Under the pieces are notes generated by a model, which searched no databases, was not told the DNA's origin, and saw only the letters and a list, made by a program, of their open reading frames with translations. 64,000 bases of DNA, taken from the NCBI GenBank assembly GCA_963801165.1, contig CAWDDT010000011.1, positions 224,001 through 288,000 on the forward strand, written 5' to 3'. The stretch comes from an uncultured bacterium (lineage in GTDB: Bacteria; Actinomycetota; Acidimicrobiia; Spongiisociales; UBA5794). Position numbers and translations under genes: made by a program. Each line of letters begins with the position of its first letter. Position 1 is the first letter of the stretch. Below are positions 57,727-64,000 of this stretch, in pieces.

Positions 57727-59544
57727 ATGCGCCGTAACATCCAGGCGATGCGAGCAATGCGGCGCCCACCGATACAAACCACCGAGAAACAGCCCAGACT
57801 CAACCGCGACCAGATGACGCAGATCAGACGCCTGTTCGTCTTTGCCCGGCCCTACAGAGCAAAGATCCTGTGGGCGACGCTGGCGGTCGTCTTCTCCAGC
57901 GCGCTCGGTCTGGTGTTCCCACGCATCATGGGCGACCTCGTCGACTCCGCCCTCGGAAAGATCGATGGAGCGAACAACGCGTCTCTCGACAGATACGCCC
58001 TCATTCTCGTCGGTGTGTTCCTACTCCAGGCCATATTCAACTTCATCCGCACCTACTGGCTGTCCGTGGCCGGGGAAGGCGTCGTCGCCGATCTTCGCCG
58101 ATCGGTGTTCGATCGGGTGATCCGGCTGGGAGTCCCTTTCTTCGATCAGCGCAAGACAGGGGAGATCACCTCCCGACTGACCGCAGATGCCGCTGTCGTC
58201 CAGCAGACCGTCTCCACCGCGGTGGCGCAGGCCCTCGGCCAGGCCATCACGCTGATCGGCGGGGTCATTCTGCTGTTCATGCTGAGCTTCCGTCTCTCGC
58301 TGACGGTGCTGATCGTGGTTCCCGTCGCCGTAATCGCCGCGTTCGTCTTCGGACGGAAGCTTCGCCGTATCTCGACCGCGTTCCAGGATCGGCTGGCGAT
58401 TGCCAACAGCCTCGCCGAGGAAGCCATCTCTTCGGTCAGGGTTGTCAAGTGGTTCACCGCCGAGGAGGAAACGGCCCGGCTGTACGACCGCGACATCAGA
58501 GAGTCGTATGCGATTGCCGTACGCCGGGCCCGGGTGCGTGCCGTGTTCGTGCCTTCTGTGACCTTTGCGATGTTCAGCACCCTCGCACTCGTTCTGTGGC
58601 AGGGCGGGCATCAGGTGATTGCAGGCAACCTTACGGCCGGCAACCTCGTGACATTCCTGCTGTACTCCCTGACCGTGGCCGGAGCAGTGGGTACGTTCAC
58701 CGGCCTCTATGCGCAGCTCCAGGAAGCGCTAGGTGCCTCGCGCCGGATCTTCGAGCTCCTGGACGAGCCGCCCGAGGTGGCTGCCGTCAGCGAGACTGTA
58801 AACCCGGAGCCGGTAGGCACGGTCGCCTTCGAGGATGTCCACTTCTCATATGCCGGGCGGGAGCAAGAGGTCCTGAGCGGTATCAACCTCGAGGTCGGTA
58901 AGGGAGAGGTCGTCGCCCTCGTCGGGCCTTCGGGAGCGGGCAAGACGACCATGGTGCAGCTGATCCCTCGCTTCTACGATGTCGTCTCGGGCCGCGTTGT
59001 AGTCGATGGTGTCGACGTCCGCGACCAGGACATCGATCAGCTCCGGGACCGGATGGCGGCGGTCCCCCAGGAAATCGAGTTGTTCTCCGGGACCATCGCC
59101 GAGAACCTGCGGGTGGCCAAAGCGGAGGCGACCGAAACCGAGCTGGTAGAGACGTGCCGCGCCGCAAACGCCCACGAGTTCATCATGAGTTTCCCCGAGG
59201 GATACGACACCATCGTTGGCGAACGAGGCATAAAGCTCTCCGGGGGGCAACGGCAGCGGGTTGCCATAGCCAGGGCGTTGCTGGCCGATCCCAAGCTGCT
59301 GATACTCGACGAGGCGACCAGCTCACTGGACGCCGAATCCGAGGCGCTGGTCCAGGCCGCTCTCGAGGTGTTGATGCGCGACCGCACCACGGTGGTCATC
59401 GCCCATCGGCTGAGCACCGTCCGTCGCGCTGACCGCCTCGTCGTACTGGCCGAAGGGCGGATCATCGAGGAGGGAAACCACGACGAGCTCGTCGCCAAGA
59501 AGGGCCTCTATTCGCAGCTCTACGGACGCCAGCTACAGACCTAG
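57727..59544 (+). CDS. ABC exporter, fused permease/ATPase (MsbA/Atm-like)
   Basis: GEITSRL, GPSGAGKT, VPQE, LSGGQRQR, ILDEATS, IAHRLST; exact start uncertain. Confidence 0.92.
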   Translation: MRRNIQAMRAMRRPPIQTTEKQPRLNRDQMTQIRRLFVFARPYRAKILWATLAVVFSSALGLVFPRIMGDLVDSALGKIDGANNASLDRYALILVGVFLLQAIFNFIRTYWLSVAGEGVVADLRRSVFDRVIRLGVPFFDQRKTGEITSRLTADAAVVQQTVSTAVAQALGQAITLIGGVILLFMLSFRLSLTVLIVVPVAVIAAFVFGRKLRRISTAFQDRLAIANSLAEEAISSVRVVKWFTAEEETARLYDRDIRESYAIAVRRARVRAVFVPSVTFAMFSTLALVLWQGGHQVIAGNLTAGNLVTFLLYSLTVAGAVGTFTGLYAQLQEALGASRRIFELLDEPPEVAAVSETVNPEPVGTVAFEDVHFSYAGREQEVLSGINLEVGKGEVVALVGPSGAGKTTMVQLIPRFYDVVSGRVVVDGVDVRDQDIDQLRDRMAAVPQEIELFSGTIAENLRVAKAEATETELVETCRAANAHEFIMSFPEGYDTIVGERGIKLSGGQRQRVAIARALLADPKLLILDEATSSLDAESEALVQAALEVLMRDRTTVVIAHRLSTVRRADRLVVLAEGRIIEEGNHDELVAKKGLYSQLYGRQLQT

Positions 59545-60446
59545 CGGCCGGTCACCCAGTCGCCTGCCTTGCCCAGCGCCGAGGGGAGCTCCTTGCCCAG
59601 CCGATCTCCGAGCCAATGCCCGGTCTCGATGAGCAGCCTCAGGTCGAGACCAGTGTCGTAACCCATCCGATGCAGCGTGTAAACGACATCCTCGGTGGCC
59701 ACATTGCCCGTGGCATTGGGGGCGTACGGGCAGCCGCCGGTCCCCCCGACCGATGCGTCGATCACCCGCACACCCGCGGCGACCGCAGCAACCACGTTGG
59801 CGATGCCCGTGTTCCGGGTGTCATGGAAGTGACAGCGCAAGGTAGCGCTGCCGGCTACCTGCCGAACCGCCGCGATCCGCCCGGCAACGTCGCTCGGCAC
59901 GGCAACACCGATCGTGTCCCCGAGTGCAATCTCTCCAGCACCGGCTGTGGCGCTGCGACCGGCAAGCTCGGCAACCGCCCCAATGGCGACCTCTCCGTCA
60001 TACGGGCACCCGAACGCCACCGATATGGTCACGGTCGTCTGCCGCCCCGCGCGGTGTGCGGTCGGTATCATCGCCTCGATCGCTTTCATCGTGTCCTCGA
60101 CCGCCGAGTTCTGGTTGGCCCGGTTGAAACCCTCGCTGGCACCGACAACGAAGTTGATCTCATCGACGTCGGTGACCAAAGCCCTATCCAACCCGCGCTC
60201 GTTGAGCACGAGCCCGATGCGGGACATGCCGGCAGCTCCCGGCACGCCGGCGAGCACCGCCTCCGCGTCCGCCATCTGTGGCACCAAGCCGGGGTGAACG
60301 AAGGACGCTGCCTCTACCCGGGATGCCCCCGCAGCCGCCACGCGTCGGATCAGCTCGACCTTGTCGGCGGTCGACACCAGGGTGGTCTCGTTCTGCAAAC
60401 CGTCCCTGGGTCCCACCTCCACGACATGAATTGTTTCCACCGACAT
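59541..60446 (-). CDS. Hydroxymethylglutaryl-CoA lyase
   Basis: EVGPRDGLQNE, FGCPY, DTIG, HFHDT, GGCPYAPNATGN. Confidence 0.92.
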   Translation of the reverse strand: MSVETIHVVEVGPRDGLQNETTLVSTADKVELIRRVAAAGASRVEAASFVHPGLVPQMADAEAVLAGVPGAAGMSRIGLVLNERGLDRALVTDVDEINFVVGASEGFNRANQNSAVEDTMKAIEAMIPTAHRAGRQTTVTISVAFGCPYDGEVAIGAVAELAGRSATAGAGEIALGDTIGVAVPSDVAGRIAAVRQVAGSATLRCHFHDTRNTGIANVVAAVAAGVRVIDASVGGTGGCPYAPNATGNVATEDVVYTLHRMGYDTGLDLRLLIETGHWLGDRLGKELPSALGKAGDWVTGR

Positions 60447-60709
60447 GTAACGCAGCGTAGCGACGAGGTGACGATTCGGAGGGAACTAGTCACCTGCCGC
60501 CACTCTCCGCATTCGCGTGACCACGAAAATGACTAGTCCATCCTGAGTCAACTAAAACCCTCCTACCGGCCATACCCATTCCTCATTACTGTCAGAACTG
60601 TTGGACGCCCGGCCAAGGGCGCCAAGTACAGGGCCAGTTGGGAACCAAGGGGGTTCGAGACGATGACTGTTTGCTTGCGTGACGGGGCCAGAACTCGAGG
60701 GGGTCGAAT

Positions 60710-61426
60710 ATGACTGCCCGAAATGGAACCGGGACCGTGGTGGTACCGCTCCAGGAACTGCTCGAAGCAATGACCGATGGCGTGCTCATCACCGATGAGA
60801 ATGGACGCTGCACATATTCCAATCCGGCGCTCGACGAGATCGTCGGCGGCCGAGCTTGTGAGCTCGCCCGAACCGAGGATGCGCCGATGTGGATCAGCAA
60901 TCCGCATCGGGTCGAGTACCGCCGATTGATAACACGGGCGCTCAACGGAAGGATCCCGCGCCGCCCCCAGTCTGTGACGTGGGATCTAGTGAGCGTGCGC
61001 GGCGAGACGATCGCGACCAGCACCAAGATCATACCGATGCACAACGGGACCGGGCCGTCTGCGGCTCTGCTGTGGATCATCAGCCCGGCACCGGGTGAGG
61101 TGCGGGTTATCCAGGATCCCCGCCGCCGCGAGCTCGAGGACGCCATGAGGCGTATCTCCGACGAGCTGGGGAGAATCGGGTTGGCCAATGGCAACGCACC
61201 GGCCGAGCCGACGCACAGCCATCCCGACCTCGACCTGCTCTCCCGCCGTGAGCGTGACGTGGTCACCCACCTGCTCCAGGGGCATCGGGTTGTGTCAATC
61301 GCCGAGCTGCTCGACGTGAGCGAGCACACGGTGCGCAACCACCTGAAGTCGATCTTCCGCAAGCTGGGGGTCCACTCGCAGGCCGAGTTGGTCGATCGGC
61401 TGCACAGCATCTCGCTGGCGTCGTAA
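60710..61426 (+). CDS. PAS-domain LuxR family transcriptional regulator
   Basis: DGVLITDENGRCTYSN (PAS); LSRRERDV...IAELLDVSEHTVRNHLKSIFRKLGV (LuxR HTH). Confidence 0.9.
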   Translation: MTARNGTGTVVVPLQELLEAMTDGVLITDENGRCTYSNPALDEIVGGRACELARTEDAPMWISNPHRVEYRRLITRALNGRIPRRPQSVTWDLVSVRGETIATSTKIIPMHNGTGPSAALLWIISPAPGEVRVIQDPRRRELEDAMRRISDELGRIGLANGNAPAEPTHSHPDLDLLSRRERDVVTHLLQGHRVVSIAELLDVSEHTVRNHLKSIFRKLGVHSQAELVDRLHSISLAS

Positions 61427-61535
61427 CAGCGGTCAAGGGCTCGGTCGGGCAATCGCTCGACCGAGACAGCGACCAACGATCGTGGTGCACTAGCCTGCAG
61501 GTCGTGAACGCACGCGTACGACCCACGACAATCTG

Positions 61536-62531
61536 ATGGCGCGCCTGCGGCTCTTCGCCAACCTGCGTGAAGTAGCCGGCACCGGTACCGCCGAGTTCCC
61601 CGGCACAACCGTAGCCGAAGTGCTAGAAGCGGCCACGACCGCCTACGGCGCCGAGTTCGGCCGCAACCTCGCCATCGCCAAGGTCTGGGTGAACGGTGAC
61701 CCTGCCGAGCCCGGACACGCCGTCACCGACCGCGACGAGGTAGCGCTCATCCCGCCCGTGAGCGGCGGAGCGCTCGCAGCCGGTCTCAGCAGTGGCTCCG
61801 GGGCGTTGCTCGTGATCGCGTTGCTGGCGGCACTCGTGATCTCGAACCTGATAACGACCAACAGCGCGCCATTCGTGTTCGTGGTCGTCGGTTCGGCGCT
61901 CGCCTGGCTGTGGGACGTCAGCGATGTGCTGCGACTTCGCTCGATCGCGGTGAATCCGATGCCGCTGATGGTCGGCGCAACCGCGGCCGCCAACGGCGCA
62001 TACACCTGGGGTGCCATTGGGTTCGCCGGAGGTGTCGCCGTCGCCATTGTCTTCGTTCTCGCCTGGTCCGTCCTCGACCCGGCGCAGCGATCGGTGCGAG
62101 CTGTGGCATTGGCGGTTGTGCTCGGCCTGGCGGCATCGCTTGCATCAGGAGCGCTCACCCTCACCCACCTTTACTCGCTGCCAATGGTGTTTGCCGCGCT
62201 GGCCGTCGTTGCGGCAGCGGGTTTCGCCGCCTGGGGTGTTCAGCAATCGGGCGGCGAACTGGGTGCTCTCGACCCGAACCTGGGCATGGTGCTTGGAGCC
62301 GTCATTGCCGGGCTGATCAGTGGCCTCGCCGCAGACACGCTTGATCTGACAACGATGCTGCTGGCATCGGCCGCGGGTGCCGCAGGGCTGATCGCCGGTC
62401 GAGCCCTCGGCTCGCTGGTACGTACCGGTTCGGTCATCCACACCGCCCGCGCTCCCGGATTGCTGACGATGTTTGACGCAGCGATCCTCGGTGTCCCTGC
62501 CTTCTGGGCGGCGATCTGGATCTTCGGCTAG
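61536..62531 (+). CDS. MoaD/ThiS ubiquitin-like domain fused to a polytopic membrane domain
   Basis: LRLFANLREVAG...VWVNG...DEVALIPPVSGG followed in frame by about 250 hydrophobic residues. Confidence 0.82.
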   Translation: MARLRLFANLREVAGTGTAEFPGTTVAEVLEAATTAYGAEFGRNLAIAKVWVNGDPAEPGHAVTDRDEVALIPPVSGGALAAGLSSGSGALLVIALLAALVISNLITTNSAPFVFVVVGSALAWLWDVSDVLRLRSIAVNPMPLMVGATAAANGAYTWGAIGFAGGVAVAIVFVLAWSVLDPAQRSVRAVALAVVLGLAASLASGALTLTHLYSLPMVFAALAVVAAAGFAAWGVQQSGGELGALDPNLGMVLGAVIAGLISGLAADTLDLTTMLLASAAGAAGLIAGRALGSLVRTGSVIHTARAPGLLTMFDAAILGVPAFWAAIWIFG

Positions 62532-62603
62532 ACGCCGCCTGAGCTTCGCTCAGGTTTGAGTTGGGCCTCGCCCAACTCAGCCACGCACCCAGAGGGGGAG
62601 AGA

Positions 62604-62998
62604 GAATTCATCCTCCCTCTGGGAGGATCGACCGGCCGAAGGCCTGGTCGAGGAGGGCCTTCGCACTCCACACCACCCCCGGCCAACACCCCCGCACTCC
62701 CACAAGGCCCCCATCGCCATCGCTCCGCTCGACACTTCCCCCAAAGGGGGAAGAAAGAAGTTGGCCCGGCATCGCTCGCTCGGCACTCCCCCCAGATTGG
62801 AATTCATCCTCCCTCTGGGAGGATCGACCGGCCGAAGGCCTGGTCGAGGAGGGCCTTCGCACTCCACACCACCCCCGGCCAACACCCCCGCACTCCCACA
62901 AGGCCCCCATCGCCATCGCTCCGCTCGACACTTCCCCCAAAGGGGGAAGAAAGAAGTTGGCCCGGCATCGCTCGCTCGGCACTTCCCGGAGGGGGAGG
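62604..62998. repeat. Family B repeat doublet duplicated in tandem (period 196 bp)
   Basis: gaattcatcctccctctgggaggatcgaccggccgaaggcctggtcgaggaggg starts at 62604 and 62800. Confidence 0.93.
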
Positions 62999-63040
62999 TA
63001 GGGCTCAAGGCACAACTATGCTTTGTCGATCATGGGGTCT

Positions 63041-64000
63041 ATGCGACATGTGCGCCGTCTCGTTCCACTCATCGTCATCTCAATACTCGGTCTCATCCCG
63101 GTGACGGCGTCGGCCCAGACCGCGACGATCGACAAGGCCAAAGAGGCCAAGAACACGGCCTACGACCAGTGGCTGGCAGCCCAGCAGCAGGTGGATGATG
63201 CCGTTGCCGTCCTGGAAGACATCGAGGCCCAGCTCTCCGACCTCAACTACCGCATCGACCACATGGAAGGGCGCATCAGCGAGGACGAGGGCACTATCTC
63301 CGACTTGCGTAGAGCGGCACAGGACCTCGTCGTCAACGCCTATATCAACAGCGGGAGCAGCTCGCTGGAATCGGCGCTCGACGCCGCCAACATCCAGGAC
63401 ATCCTGACGGCGCAACACATCATCAACCGCGCTCAGGACAAGGGAATCGCCACCCTCGACCGGCTCGACGCGATCACCCGCGATCTCGCCAGGCAATCGG
63501 CATTGCTCGATACGGACCGCCAGCAGGCTACCGAGCTCGAGCAGCAGCAAGCCCAGGTCGTCGCCAACCTCGATCAGCTCGCCGCCGACGCCCAGGCGCT
63601 CTACGTCGAGGCCAAGAATCAGTATGCGGCCGAGGTTGGAGCATGGGAGGCGGCGGAGCGGGCTCGCAAGATCGCAGAAGCGGCCAGACGGAGCGGCGCC
63701 GCCGCCGGTCTTCCGCCCGGAACAATTCCCGATTTCATCTGCCCGGTCGCCGGCCGGGTCACGTTCCGCAACGACTGGGGTGAGCCACGCTCGGGCGGCC
63801 GTACCCACAAGGGCACCGACATGTTTGCTGCCCGCAACACGCCGGTGGTTGCCGTCGTGGACGGAACGATCCGGTTCAGCAACGGTGGTCTCGGTGGGAT
63901 CGCGGTCTGGGTCAACGGCAAGGGCGCCAGCTTCTACTACGCCCACCTCGACCATCGGGCCGAAGGCCTCACCCCCGGCGCTTATGTCACCCGGGGCACC
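63041..64000 (+). CDS. Coiled-coil M23 family peptidase (EnvC-like), 3' truncated
   Basis: Not in the ORF track because it has no stop. Signal peptide MRHVRRLVPLIVISILGLIPVTASA, coiled coil, CPVAG, RTHKGTD, YYAHL. Confidence 0.88.
   Translation, partial: MRHVRRLVPLIVISILGLIPVTASAQTATIDKAKEAKNTAYDQWLAAQQQVDDAVAVLEDIEAQLSDLNYRIDHMEGRISEDEGTISDLRRAAQDLVVNAYINSGSSSLESALDAANIQDILTAQHIINRAQDKGIATLDRLDAITRDLARQSALLDTDRQQATELEQQQAQVVANLDQLAADAQALYVEAKNQYAAEVGAWEAAERARKIAEAARRSGAAAGLPPGTIPDFICPVAGRVTFRNDWGEPRSGGRTHKGTDMFAARNTPVVAVVDGTIRFSNGGLGGIAVWVNGKGASFYYAHLDHRAEGLTPGAYVTRGT

Noticed and set aside
60485-60537. actagtca...tgactagt inverted repeat between the HMG-CoA lyase and LuxR genes
   Set aside because: Only 8-bp arms, largely self-palindromic and far apart; too weak to call an operator.

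Overview
High-GC window that looks actinobacterial, most likely class Acidimicrobiia (inferred from Cys-containing SLH-like repeats, Thr-rich lipoproteins and the nuo/menJ/rex context). It contains a complete nuoA-N operon and a menJ-like reductase. Next to these is an unusual respiratory cluster: a CcoN-CcoO fusion that has lost the canonical His metal ligands, plus a cytochrome c, transcribed divergently from a 2x[4Fe-4S] ferredoxin / split cytochrome b6 + subunit IV / Rieske / diheme cytochrome c operon that ends in a prepilin-like membrane protein. The window also holds rex, a Dpp/Opp ABC transporter, a PadR operon with a clear operator, an IS30 element and housekeeping genes. The most striking non-coding signal is a dispersed family of double-hairpin palindromic repeats arranged as inward-facing doublets. 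In one case the doublet encloses a DUF559 (Vsr-like) endonuclease gene, resembling the RAYT/REPIN architecture with a different nuclease. Related repeats sit inside the nuo operon directly against the nuoF and nuoJ start codons. No rRNA, tRNA or CRISPR array was recognised. All calls come from motif reading, with no database searches.
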